From Octopus sinensis (Eukaryota), in assembly GCF_006345805.1 (NCBI RefSeq), contig NC_043015.1, positions 49,538,001 through 49,602,000 of the forward strand: a stretch of DNA of 64,000 bases. Reading direction: 5' to 3'. The notes beneath the pieces were generated by a model. That model was given only the letters and a program-made list of their open reading frames with translations. It made no database searches and was not told where the DNA came from. The stretch's first letter is position 1; every line of letters starts with the position of its first letter. Both the position numbers and the translations under genes were made by a program. Positions 35,515 to 48,413 of the stretch are shown piece by piece.

Positions 35515-36351
35515 CTTTTTCTATTCCAGAGCGTTATACTAATACATCTGTTTGTTTTGTACACCACCTGTCTTCGTCTCTTGTTTTTTTCGTTAAACTC
35601 TCCCTATGTAATATATATATATATATATATAATATATATATATATATAGAGAGAGAGAGATAGAGAGAGGGTTAGGGTTAGGGTTATATATCTACACACA
35701 CACACACCACACACACACAGATATATAGATATATATATATAGTTAATCCAAACATGAAAACACAAAGAGAAAACACAACAACGCGAGGACGTAGAACAAG
35801 TATATATATATATGTAGATATGTACACGCACACACACTCACGGATACATACATACATACATCAATTGACCCAAACATAAAAACGACATATTCTGCGAAAT
35901 TAATTTTGATTAGTCTAAAATTTTCTACCCTTTTCGATGGGAGTCGCCAACGAATACAACTAGCTTCAACGTTTCTTTTCATAGAAAAAAAAATGGAGAA
36001 TATTTCAATTCACTTAAAATATTTTACGAACGTCATTCAGTACATCTTCAGCTAACGGGTTATAAATTTAGTCACCCTACTTTTACTTGCTCCAGTCTTT
36101 AGACAATGCGCGCCAAACCCACACACATAGATATTTATGGGTCAAGGCTAATATTTGTATCATGTTAAGAGAAACTCCTCAGCAGTTATCAAGCCTATCA
36201 CACCATTATTTCCTGCGCTAGTCTTGGTAATTGTTAAGTGATTTCTTTTAACATAATCCCAACGGTAGCCTTAATCTTTAAATAAAGAATTTTTATCCAC
36301 CAAGGCGGTGTTCAGCACTCATTTCCATTGTTCGATATTAACAAGCCTACA

Positions 36352-36446
<95 letters not shown>

Positions 36447-36756
36447 ATAGTAATGCAATACGAGAGTATTGCTTTCCAGTAAAGAATAGCCCGTAAATAT
36501 CGGTGCTTCGTTGTACCATTTATTTACTTTTATATATATATATATATATTTATATATAAAGAGAAAATGGAGAAATGTTGATGTTCAACAATTGACTAAC
36601 ATCGATTATTACTTGTTAATACAAATAGACCTTATCCCATCCAACAGCCGTTTCTGGAGCGTAACATATGCATAATAGTATGATTTAAATATATCAAGTC
36701 TTTCTTCTTCTTCTCGAGGCTCTTCTTTTCTTTTCTCTTATGTATTTTTCTTCACT

Positions 36757-36865
36757 CTGATGAAGCTCCATGTTCCAGATCGGATGTGTTACGAAAGATG
36801 ATGAATATCATTTTCAGAATTTTCAATGGCAATACCATGGAGCATTGGAAACAGAAACGGCTGTC
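36757..36865 (+). ncRNA. Degenerate hammerhead-like motif
   Basis: CTGATGA, 8-bp stem gctccatg/catggagc, then gaaac...gtc; stem I poor. Confidence 0.3.
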
Positions 36866-36879
36866 AATTAGTCAATTCT

Positions 36880-37637
36880 CTCTTTTACTCTTTTACTTGT
36901 TTCAGTCATTTGACTGCGGTCATGCTGGAGCACCGCCTTTAGTCGATCAAATCGACCCTGGGACTTATTCTTTGTAAGCCCAGTACTTATTCTATCAGTC
37001 TCTTTTGCCGAACCGCTAAGTGACGGGGACGTAAACAACCAGCATCGGTTGTCAAGCAATGCTAGGGGGACAAACACAGACACACAAACACACACACATA
37101 TATATATACATATGTACGACAGGCTTCTTTCAGTTTCCGTCTACCAAATCCGCTCACAAGGCATTGGTCGGCCCGGGGCTATAGCAGAAGACACTTGCCC
37201 AAGATACCACGCAGTGGGACGGAACCCGCAACCACGTGGTTGGTTAGCAAGCTACTTACCACACAGCCGTTGTTGATCAATATTTTTTATTTTCTGCTTA
37301 TTTTAAATCTGATTCCTGATAAGCTCATGTTTATCTTTGTCATTGCCTGTATCCTATGAGAATAATATGCTTGCATACGTATATCCAGAGTCAGGATTAG
37401 GGTTAAGGTTATTAGGTAATTATACCTGTAATAAAGCGGATATTTTTATTCCTTTGACGGTTATTCCAGCCTCTAACTCTACTAATCTTTAGTTGGACAA
37501 ATCAATCCCGAATTTATTCTTTGTAAGACTAGTACTTATTTTATCAATCTCTTTTACCGAACCGCTATGTTACGGGGACGAAAACACACCAAGAGATGTC
37601 AAGAGATGGCGGGGGGAAAAACGCAGACACATAAAGT

Positions 37638-37688
<51 letters not shown>

Positions 37689-38040
37689 CATACATATATA
37701 TATATATATATGACGGGCTTCTTTCAGTTTCCGTTTACCAAATCCATTCGCAAGGCTTTGTTCGGGCCGAGGCTATAATAGAAAACACTTGCGGAAGGTA
37801 TCACGTAGTGGGACTGAACCCGGAACTATGTAGTGAGGAAGCAAGCTTCTTACCACGCAGCTACTCCATATATATGATTCTCTTCTTTCGGTTTCCGTCT
37901 ACCAAATCCTCTCACAGGGATTTGGTCAGTCCGAGGCTATAGCAGCAGGCATTTTAGTCAGAGTTCTACACAGTAAGATTGAACCCGGCATCATGTGGTT
38001 GGAAAGCAAACGTCTAACGACACAACCACGCCTGTGCCTA
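36880..38040 (-). mobile_element. Three family C SINE copies or fragments
   Basis: About 36880-37268, 37490-37865 and 37880-38040. Confidence 0.75.
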
Positions 38041-39250
38041 AATGTCGGCTGCCTGAAAATGAGTGGTAAGAAATTTTATTATCGTGTTTGATTTTTTTTT
38101 CTATTAAATGAAAACGAGAAGAGTAATAAAACAAATGAAATAGATATACAAACTACTTAGAAGTTATTCTCCCGTGTAACGAACGATGCGTTTCATTTTT
38201 ATTGGCGGCCATTAGCATAGATTGACATCTTTATTTCTTAGTTATTGCTTAAACCAAATTGAGAACAGCGCACGAAGAAATTTGAGGAAATAATCTTAAT
38301 GAAATAGCAGTTAATAAAATAGAATTGAGAGAATACGCTTGCAACTGAGAAAAATTAAAGATTAAGTCTCTGAGGATACGTATCGTCTGAATTTCATTGA
38401 TTTTATTCCGAAACATTCGGTTATATTTGTTTGTTGTGTTTTTGCTTGAAATATTCGAATCTACTTTTTTTTCTTTGTACTTATCGACCGCGCGCTTCCG
38501 ACACACCCCACCACCATCATTACATACAAACAGAATCAGAAGCAGATCTGAACCCGGAGAGAATTGCATTCAGGAATGGGATTGCAGTGAAATTGCTACA
38601 TACACGGTTGCTCCACAGATTCTGCCAAGGCACGTGGCCTAGTGATTAGGGTGCTGCACTGAACGATCGCAAAATCGCGGGTTCGATTTCTAGGCTGAGC
38701 GGGATGGGGCGGATCAGGGCGGCACGTTTGACATTGCTTCACAGTCCACTCAGCTGTAAATGAGCCACCCTGTGACGAACTGGCTATCCGTTTAGTGGTG
38801 GTGGTGGAGGTTTGGAGGATGTAGAAATCTTGATAGCTTCATCGCCATTGAAACCAAGTAACCAGCCACATGGAGATTAGGTGTTTCAAACATAAACACA
38901 TACATCGCCCAGTTTGAGATTCGAACCCGCGATCCCTCGACCGCGAGTCCGCTGCTCTAACCACTAGGCCGTGTACCTCCACTTCCCGTTCATTACTTAC
39001 ATTATATTACTGTTGCGGGCTAGCAGAATCGTTATCGCACCGGATAAAATGCTTAGCGGTATTTCATCCGTCTTTACATTCTGAGTTCAGATTCCACCTG
39101 TGTCGACTTCGCCATTCACTCTTTCGTAGGTCGATAAAATAAGTACCAGTCGAGTACTGGGGTCGATGCAATCGAATTACGTCCTCCACCTCCAAGACCA
39201 CTTGTCTTGTGTCAAAATTTGAAACCAATATCATATTATATTAAGGATAC

Positions 39251-39656
39251 TTTTTACTCTCTCTTTTACTCTTCTACTTGTTTCAATCATGTGACTGTGG
39301 CCATGCTGGAGCACCGCCTTTAGTCGAGCAAATCGACCTCAGGACTTATTCTTTGTAAGCCTAGTACTTATTCTATCGGTCTCTTTTGCCGAACCGCTAA
39401 AGTTACGGGGACATAAACACACCAGCATCGGTTGTCAAGCGATGTTGGGGGGACAAACACAGATATACAAACATACACACACACACATATATACGATGGG
39501 CTTATTTCAGTTTCCGTCTACCAAATCCACTCACAAGGCTTTGGACGGTCCGAGGCTATAGTAGAAGACACTTGCCGAAGGTGCCACGCAGTGGGACTGA
39601 ACCCGGAACCATGTGGTTGGTAAGCAGGCTACTTACCATACAGCCAGTCCTACGCC
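39251..39656 (-). mobile_element. SINE family C, full length, short internal tract
   Basis: Reverse complement of 63480-63891. Confidence 0.85.
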
Positions 39657-40341
39657 TTCAAAATCCTTCAAAGATCTTGAAGAGTCTTTGAGAAATTTGA
39701 ATTGCGACATTCTTTCCGGCTCTTTATGTTTTAAGATCAAATCCTACCGACATCCACTTTGCCTTTCATTCCACCAGGGTCGATAAAATACTAATGAAGT
39801 ACTGGGGCAGATGATATCGGCAGAGCCTCTCTTCTCAAAACGTGTTCGTATTTTTTTTCCTTCATTGGAAACCGTTATCAAAGCAGATTTGAAAACAATT
39901 AAAGTGTTTGAAAAAATGCTAACGAGTACTTTTTCCCGGTTCTTTCGAACTGAGTTCAAACCCCGCCGATGTCACCTTGGTGAAGTTTGAACTCAGAACA
40001 TAAAGACGGACGAAATGCCGCTATGCGCTCTGTCCGGCTTGCTTACGAATCTGCTAGCTCGTCTACCTCAGCCTACATTAATATTAGTTTCAAGTTTTGG
40101 CACAAAGCCGTCAAATTCGGGGAGGGGCTAAGTCGATTACATCGACTCTAATTCTCAGCTCGTACTTATCTTATCGACCCCTGAAAGGATAAAAGGCAAA
40201 GTCGACCTCGACGGAATTTGAACTCAGAACGTAAAGGCGGACGAAATGCAGCTGAGCTCAGCGTGCTAAGGAATCCGCCGGCATGCTGCCTTATTATCAA
40301 TAGAATATTCTTTTCATAAGGCCTGGAATTTTTGAGGTGGT

Positions 40342-40442
40342 GGGGGCGTATAGCGTAGTGGTTAAGAGCGCGGGCTACTAACCCTAAGATTCCGAGTTCG
40401 ATTCCAAGCAATGACCTGGACAACAACAACAACAACAACAAC

Positions 40443-40491
<49 letters not shown>

Positions 40492-40570
40492 GGAGGTGTG
40501 GGCATATCGCATAGTGGTTAAGAGCGCGGGCTACTAACCTCGAGATTCTGAGTTCGATTCCAAGCAGTGA

Positions 40571-40639
<69 letters not shown>

Positions 40640-40804
40640 CAACAACATCGAAGACTACCTTAGGAATGAGAAACCAGGTTCGAAATTTCCCCAAGACACC
40701 TGAAGAAGGCTGGAGGGTATATCAGCCGAAACGTTGTACTATCAACAAATAAGGTGAGGACGAATATCCGTCCTATGTAAATAATGTAAATAATGTAAAT
40801 AATG
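40342..40804 (+). mobile_element. tRNA-head element (duplicated head + AAC/AAT tracts) with hammerhead-bearing tail
   Basis: Two heads tagtggttaagagcgcgggctactaacc...gagttcgattcc; tail ends (tgtaaataa)3. Confidence 0.7.
40696..40739 (+). ncRNA. Type I minimal hammerhead ribozyme-like motif
   Basis: acac CTGAAGA a ggctg-gagggtatat-cagcc GAAA cgtt gtac; palindromic aacgtt stem III; stem I only 2 bp in this copy. Confidence 0.55.
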
Positions 40805-40994
40805 AGGTGGGGGCAGTTGATTGGATCGACCCCAGTCTGCAACTGGTACTTAATTAATCGACCTTGAAAGGATGAAAGGCAAAGTCGACCTCGGCGCTAA
40901 GCATTATCGCCCGGTGCGCTAACGTTTCTGCCAGCTTAATAGAATATTAAATTGTTTTATATATAGCTTGACACAAAAACAAACATTGACAAAT

Positions 40995-41052
<58 letters not shown>

Positions 41053-41220
41053 ACGAACACACACATACACACACACATACACACACATACATACATATAT
41101 ACACACACACAAACACATATATACACACACACGTATATATCCATCCAAACATATTTAGACAAGCACACATATATGTGTGTGTATACATACATACATACAT
41201 ACAAACACACACACATATAT

Positions 41221-41262
<42 letters not shown>

Positions 41263-41559
41263 GCATGCATGTATGTATGTATATTTATATATATATGTTG
41301 GCATGTGTATACTTGTATCCTTTACGAGACTCTAACATAAATACCGCGATTGACTCATTTAAACGGAAGCAATTATTACATTTAACATGTTGCAGCAGCA
41401 GTCATGCATGTCTTGAATAATGAGTCAAAGTTGTTACGCATGACTGACTCGGACACCGCCGCCACAATCCCCCCCGTCCTCCCCGACTCATTCCACGCCG
41501 CCATTGTTTGACGAGTAATTCGGTTAGATTTGATATTACCGGGAGGTTATTTCGCCATT

Positions 41560-41569
41560 GTTCTTATAC

Positions 41570-41602
<33 letters not shown>

Positions 41603-42317
41603 TGTGTATGTATGTGTGTGTGTGTGTGTGATACTTGTATGTGAGTGTCTGTGCGTGTGTACATCTGTATGTATGTGTGTGTTTGTGCGTGTGTACATCT
41701 GTATGTATGTGTGTGTTTGTGCGTGTGTACATCTGTATGTATGTGTGCATGGCTGTATGTGTGCCTATGTGTGTGTATGTGTGTGTATGTGTGTATGTGT
41801 GTGATGTTTGTATGTGTGTGTTTGTGCGTGTGTACATCTGTATGTATGTGTGCATGGCTGTATGTGTGTGTGTATGTGTGTGTGTGATACTTGTATGTGT
41901 GTGTTTGTGCGTGTGTACATCTGTATGTATGTGTGTGTTTGTGTGTGTGTACATCTGTATGTATGTGTGCATGGCTGTATGTGGGTGTATGTGTGTGTGT
42001 GATGCTTGTATGTGTGTGTGTGATACTTGTATGTATGTGTTTGTGCGTGTGTACATCTGTATGTATGTGTGCATGGCTGTATGTGGGAGTATGTGTGTGT
42101 GTGTGATACTTGTATGTGTGTGTGTGTGATGCTTGTATGTGTGTGTTTGTGCGTGTGTACATCTGTATGTATGTGTACATGACTGTATGTGTGTAAGTGA
42201 GTGTATATGTGTGTATTTGTGTGTGTGATGCTTGTATATGTGTGTCTGTGCCCGTATGCATCTGTATGTGTGTGTGTATGACGTTATGTGTGTATGTGAA
42301 GTGAGTGTATGTGTATC

Positions 42318-42360
<43 letters not shown>

Positions 42361-42480
42361 GTGTGTTTGTGCGTGTGTACATCTGTATGTATGTGTGTGT
42401 ATGTGTGTGTGTATGTGTGTGTGATAGTTGTATGTGTGTGCGTGCTTGTATGTATGTGTGTGTATATGTATGTCAGTCAA
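41560..42480. repeat. Microsatellite-derived complex minisatellite, 34-bp core unit
   Basis: About ten copies of gtgtacatctgtatgtatgtg with cassettes gcatggctgtatgtg and gatacttgtatg. Confidence 0.85.
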
Positions 42481-43265
42481 TTGTGTGAGTGTGGTTTTAT
42501 ATTTTAGAGGTCTTGTGTGTGTGCATGTGTACGAGTGTGGTTACATGTGTGTGGGTGGAGTGTGTGTATATGTGTAGAAGGTCTCTTCTCTTTGGTTGAA
42601 TGTGTTGTGTGTATCTGGGTGTGTTTAGGTAGAGCGAGTGTGTGTGTGAGAGAGAGAGAGGGAGAGGGAGGACGAGCGAATATGTGTGTGTGGGAAAGTG
42701 AGAGAAAGAAGAAGAGCGAATATGTGTCTGTGAGAGAGAGAAAGAGAGAGAGAGAGTGTGAGTGAGTGTGTGTGTGTATGTATACACGAGTGTTTGAAAA
42801 GGTGTATGTATCTATGAATGTGTACGAGAAAGTGTTTATGTGTGCGTGAGTGCGTGTATGTGTAAATCTATGACCGTGTGTGAATGTGTGTGTGTGTGTG
42901 AATGTGAGCGCAAAAGTATGAATGCGAAAGTGCGTGGGTGTGTGAAAATGAGAGTGGATGTGTGAGTGTGTGCGTGTGTATGTTTAAGTGTGTGTGCATG
43001 TGCATGTTCGAGTGTATATATGTGTATGTGTGTGTGTGTGTGTTTACTAGTCTGTGCTTATGGTGACACCGTTTACAAAACGGTGCTCTCTGTTACGCCC
43101 CGAAAATGTAGCAATAATCTAGCATAACGGTATGATGCGCTAAATCCCAGCACGGTGCTCCAGCATGGCCACCAGCGTGACCGAAACCAGTAAAAGAATG
43201 AAAAGAGTAAATATCTGCGATAAATAAATATTCTTCAGTTTTGGGTTAAATTATTTCTTCCATCG

Positions 43266-43630
43266 AAACAAGAGCGCTCAGGGAGCGCAAACCTCCGCCA
43301 AGACAACACCAACGTCCTCTCAACGATTAGCCAGAGATGATTTTAAAAATGAGAATATCTGAAATAAACTCGACTGCTCTCACAAACGAGAATGCTAAAA
43401 ATGATCCTGACTGCTCTCAAAAATTAAGGAAAAATAATCCAGAATCCTTGCCCGGTACCGGATCGATCCCCAAATCTAATCAGTTCGTGACAGTCACGAG
43501 GCCAAACGACCTTGAAAGTTTCATTCGAATCCATCGAGCGGTTCTTGAGATATCTTGTCCACCCACGGTCAAACAAACAAACAAACGTGACTGAAAAAAA
43601 TACCTCCGCATTAACGAAAGTGGAGGTAAT
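43266..43630 (+). mobile_element. Helentron/DINE-like non-autonomous element
   Basis: 5' acctccgccaag, (aaac)n, 3' hairpin tacctcc...ggaggta; other copies at 19512 and 27160. Confidence 0.6.
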
Positions 43631-43719
43631 AAAAATGGCTGATATTAATGCATGCAAGACTTCAAAACTCTAGCATCACTCCTTCATAGTTAGCCTATGA
43701 ACTTTTCAGCCCATTGTCG

Positions 43720-43765
<46 letters not shown>

Positions 43766-43854
43766 ACACACACACACACGTATGCGTACAGTTGTTATAT
43801 GTCTGTTTGCGTAGTTCTATCGATGTTATATCTCAGTAAACGTTATAAACATCG

Positions 43855-44652
43855 GCGAGAAAATTTACTTCAAATTTTGGTACAAGGCCAGCAATTTCTG
43901 GGGAAGGGATAAGTCGATTGCATCGACCCCAGTGTTTCACTGGTACTTATTTTATCGACCCCGAAAGAAGGAAAGGCAAAGTCGACTTCAGCAGAATTTG
44001 AACTCAGAACCAGAAAGTAAATACCGACGAAATGCCGATAAGGATTATGCCCAGTGTGCTAACGATTCTTTTTTACTTTAGACACAAGATCCGAATTTTT
44101 TGTGGAGGGGGCCAGTCGATAACATGGACCCCAGTACGCAACTGATACTTAATTTATCGACCCAAACGGATGAAATGCAAAGTAGATCTCGGTGGAATTT
44201 GAACTCAGAACGTAAAGACAGACCAAATACCACTAAGCATTTCACTTTGCTGCCCACAAAGAGCTACACACAGAGGGGACAAACAAGGACAGACAAACGG
44301 ATTAAGTCGATTATATCGACCTCAGTGCGTAACTGGTACTTATTTAATCGACCCCGAAAGGATGATAGGCAAAGTTGACCTCGGCGGAATTTGAACTCAG
44401 AACGTAGCGGCAGACGAAATACCTATTTCTTTACTACCCACAAGGGGCTAAACAGAGAGGACAAACACGGACAGACAAACGGAATAAGTCGATTACATCG
44501 ACCCCAGTGTGTGACTGGTACTTAATTTATCGACCCCGCAAGGATGAAAGGCAAAGTCGACCTCGGCGGTATTAGAACTCAGAACGTAGCGGCAGACGAA
44601 ATACCGCTAAGCATTTCGCCCGGCGTGCTAACGATTCTGCCAGCTCGCCGCC
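43855..44652 (-). mobile_element. Family E SINE cluster including a head-A-A-B multimer
   Basis: Junction gaaatacctatttcttt at about 44420; tails B at about 44070 and 43860. Confidence 0.8.
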
Positions 44653-44924
44653 TTCATCAGCGAGAAAATCGAAAAACCAGAGCCATATGAATAACGGCCC
44701 TTGAGATACTAGTTCTGCGTTGTGTTCTATCCTCCCTTGTGACCGCCAAAACACCACCGAATCCTTGTCGGCCAGTTGGGAACACGTAAGCAGCAACATT
44801 ATTGTTCAGAAATTGCGATACAAAAGAATTTATTGACATAGGAAGGAGTACTGTATTTTAATAATATTTGCGTATACGATGTAAGTATAGCGCACGTGTA
44901 GATGACGCGTATGTATTTACGCAT

Positions 44925-44926
44925 AT

Positions 44927-44962
<36 letters not shown>

Positions 44963-45060
44963 ATAAAACAAATATATTTATTATATATTATATATAATAT
45001 ATATATATGCATATATATGTATATATATGTGTGTATATACATATATACATACATACATAC

Positions 45061-45091
<31 letters not shown>

Positions 45092-45440
45092 AAAACTAAT
45101 ATATATATATGCATATATATGTATATAATATATGTATATACATATATACATACATACATACATATATATATAAACTAATATATATATGTACATGTATATA
45201 TATATATATATGTACATATATATATATTTATATATTTATATATATGTGTGTATATATATATATATATGTAAATATACATATACATATACATACATATATG
45301 TATGTATGCATGTATGTATGAATGCATGTATGTACTATGTGCGCATGTGAGTATGCATGTCTGCACATATCTATGCACGTATTTATGTATGTATGTACGT
45401 ATGTACGTATGTACGTATGAATGTATGCCTGTATGTATGC
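44925..45440. repeat. TA/TATG microsatellite block; similar blocks at 47500-47770, 49895-50500 and 59800-60240
   Basis: Direct. Confidence 0.95.
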
Positions 45441-45871
45441 ATATATAAACTGTACGTCGTCTATTTTCTAAATACGTTTGAGGCCTAAGAGATTTCGCTG
45501 GATGTGGTTAGTATAATTAATGTTAGCTGTCAGTTGCTGCAAGGCAACAGGAAGGAATAACTTATATTCCGAAATTTCATGTTAGAGGTTTGTAAGGAAT
45601 GTTATTATCGAAAATAGAATGACATACGAGGAAAAGGCCGGACATACAACAACGGGGAAAATAAGATAAAAATACATTAACGTTGTTAATATGGCGATCA
45701 CGTTTTGTATATTAAGAACTCGAAGAAATTTTAATATTAACTCAATTTTAGAATCGACATCCAATTTGCTGAAGCGGAACGAAATGATATGATGATGTGT
45801 TTGTTTCGCTGTGTTTCTACACTAGGCAACCATGATAATAATACTCCCCTTTGTTAGTTTTAGCTTACATT

Positions 45872-46337
45872 TACCTGATATGTGATGGCTGCATGGCTCA
45901 GTGGTTAGCGCATCGGGCTTACTATCATGAGGTAGTGAGTTCGAGTCCCGGACCGGGTTTTTTACAGCAGTGCTAGGAAGGAAGGAATGTGCGGAGCGTG
46001 TGATCGTCGCACTGACAATGGCAGAGAAAGTTGAACAGAGAATTTGCATCAAAGTTTGCCAAAAGCTTGGCGATATCTGCTCCGAGGTCTATACAAAGGT
46101 TTCATACCTGATATGTGATGGCTGCATGGCTCAGTGGTTAGCGCATCGGGCTTACTAACATGAAGTAGTGAGTTCGAGTCCCGGACCGGGCTGTTTACAG
46201 CAGTGCTAGGAAGGAGGGAATGTGCGGAGCGTGTGATCGTCGCACTGACCATGGCAGAGAAAGTTGAACAGAGAATTTGCATCAAAGTTTGCCAAAAGCT
46301 TGGCGATACCTGCTCCGAGGTCTATACAAAGGTTTCA
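45872..46337 (+). repeat. 233-bp tandem duplication of a tRNA-head::mariner N-terminus chimera
   Basis: Units 45872-46104 and 46105-46337; tggctcagtggttagcg...gagttcgagtccc joined to sequence encoding MAEKVEQRICIK. Confidence 0.85.
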
Positions 46338-46735
46338 AAAAGTTCTCATCGTTCTGGACATAATCAAGGAGATCTTGAGCAACTGAAACCCGAGTGTCAT
46401 TTTGGTCAACTGAAAGCAGTTTCGGGACAAACTTAGCAGACACGCGTCTCATACCAAAATCTTCAAAGATAATTGACTGAACTGAACCGTAACTAATCTG
46501 CACATCTGATAACTCAGTGATGGTGATTCGATGATTTCCCATCACAGCTGCACACACGTCTGCAATGTTTTTCTTTTGCTGGTTGCATATCCTCCAGGAC
46601 GTTCGTGAATTTCGACATTTTTTCGGCCATCTTGGAAACGTCTGAACCACTCGTACACTTGTGTGTGGCTCGTACACTCCTCTTCACAACACTTTCTGCA
46701 ACTATATGTGGACCTCTGAGCAGGTTTCCGTATGC
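46195..46735 (-). mobile_element. Second foldback mariner derivative, without minisatellite
   Basis: QISYGSVQSIIFEDFGMRRVSAKFVPKLLSVDQNDTRVSVAQDLL; same arm junction as 30502-31567. Confidence 0.85.
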
Positions 46736-46745
46736 ACGTGTGTGC

Positions 46746-46795
<50 letters not shown>

Positions 46796-46851
46796 CATCT
46801 CGCAGTCATCTAAGAGTTTTTGTTCGTCATGATGCTGACATAAGTCCTTGT

Positions 46852-46930
46852 CTTTCCTGATGAAAAGGCGGCATAATGCCCCTTGGTCCTTCGGAATGAG
46901 AATATGCATCTTCGAAACATATGTCGAGAA
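46852..46930 (+). ncRNA. Type I hammerhead ribozyme-like motif (Penelope/retrozyme style)
   Basis: ctttc CTGATGA ...cttc GAAA catatg TC gagaa; palindromic acatatgt stem III, GUC site. Confidence 0.6.
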
Positions 46931-46977
46931 TAAAGGAATTTTGTTAAATCGTCGTTCGACTCCATTCTTTCATTTAT

Positions 46978-47020
<43 letters not shown>

Positions 47021-47039
47021 TCAAAATGTAACTACACGT

Positions 47040-47500
47040 GACTGTTGGCGATTTTTTCTCTCCTTCCTCCTTTTCTTTTGGACTTTTCTATTTATCCTGT
47101 TCCGAAGAAGAGCTTTGCTCGAAACGTAAAGCAACCACTCTTTCTTTGCTTCTCTGAGCGTCTTATTAATACTTTACATGTATCACGTCCTCGCGTTGTT
47201 TTTTTATTCTTATTGTCGTTTTTCTCCGTTTTTTATTAACTATACATACATACATACATACATACATACATACATACATACATACATACATACGTACATA
47301 CATACATATGTCAGACGCCATGATAGATCGTTAGCTACTACATACATTTTTCTCCTTGTTTTTTTCTGGTATCTTTCTGTAGAAGAGCGTAGGCTCGAAA
47401 CGTAAAAGACTTTTTCTATTCCTGAGCGCTATAACTAATACATCTGTTGTTTGTACACCACCTGCCTTCGTCTTTTGTTTATTTTCGTAAACTTTCCCTT
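47040..47500 (+). mobile_element. Repeat with two tandem hammerhead-like motifs split by (TACA)n
   Basis: CCGAAGA a gagc-ttt-gctc GAAA cgta at 47102; tcttt CTGTAGA a gagc-gtag-gctc GAAA cgta aaaga at 47372-47409. Confidence 0.55.
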
Positions 47501-47501
47501 T

Positions 47502-47536
<35 letters not shown>

Positions 47537-47595
47537 TGATATATGTATGTATATAATATATATAGATATTTATATATTATATATACATACTATAT

Positions 47596-47648
<53 letters not shown>

Positions 47649-47663
47649 ACATACATACATACT

Positions 47664-47694
<31 letters not shown>

Positions 47695-48413
47695 ATATAT
47701 GTATGTATGTATACATACATACATACTTCTATATATATATATATTATATATATAATATATATATATATTAAGATATCAGAGAAACAAGTTATACGAGTAG
47801 CAGTCGGTGGCATATATTTAAACAACAAAAAACAAATAAAAGTATACTAAAAAAAAAACATACAAGACAAATTCATGTCTTATTGAAATTATCTCTGCTT
47901 CTGTAGAAGGTAGAACAATCACATGGTGGCAATCAGTCCTAGTTCTGAATGAGGAGGAAATCTCATGAATCAAAAATTTTCCACGCCTACGCGTATATGT
48001 ATGCATGTTGTCTTGGATAAATGTGCGTAAGTATGAATTATTGTATGTAAGTGTTTATGCATAAAGAAGTTAATTTTGGGAGCGAAAAGTCTCAGTTCAA
48101 CGAAAGAAATCAGTAAGAGGCGGCAAGATAGCGAAGTATGATAAATATATTAGGTGTGTAGATATTGATCTCAGTCTAGTCTTTCGTCTGGTGTTAATGA
48201 AAATGCTGAAAATAACTGATATTATTTAGACATCTTACAACGAACTGGTGTCTCGTTCTAGAGGCAATGCTCTGAGCTTGGTGACTTATACGCCACGAGA
48301 ACCGGGTGACCTGCTACGTGAGCCCCCGGGAGTCGAGACGTGGGTTGATGATGATGAGGATGATGATGATGATGATGATGATAACGTTTAGATGAGTTCG
48401 TAAACATTCCATA

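Noticed and set aside
40342-40575. Bona fide tRNA genes (also heads at 7306, 16544, 62075)
   Set aside because: No complete acceptor stem; heads continue into repeat bodies, so they are SINE heads
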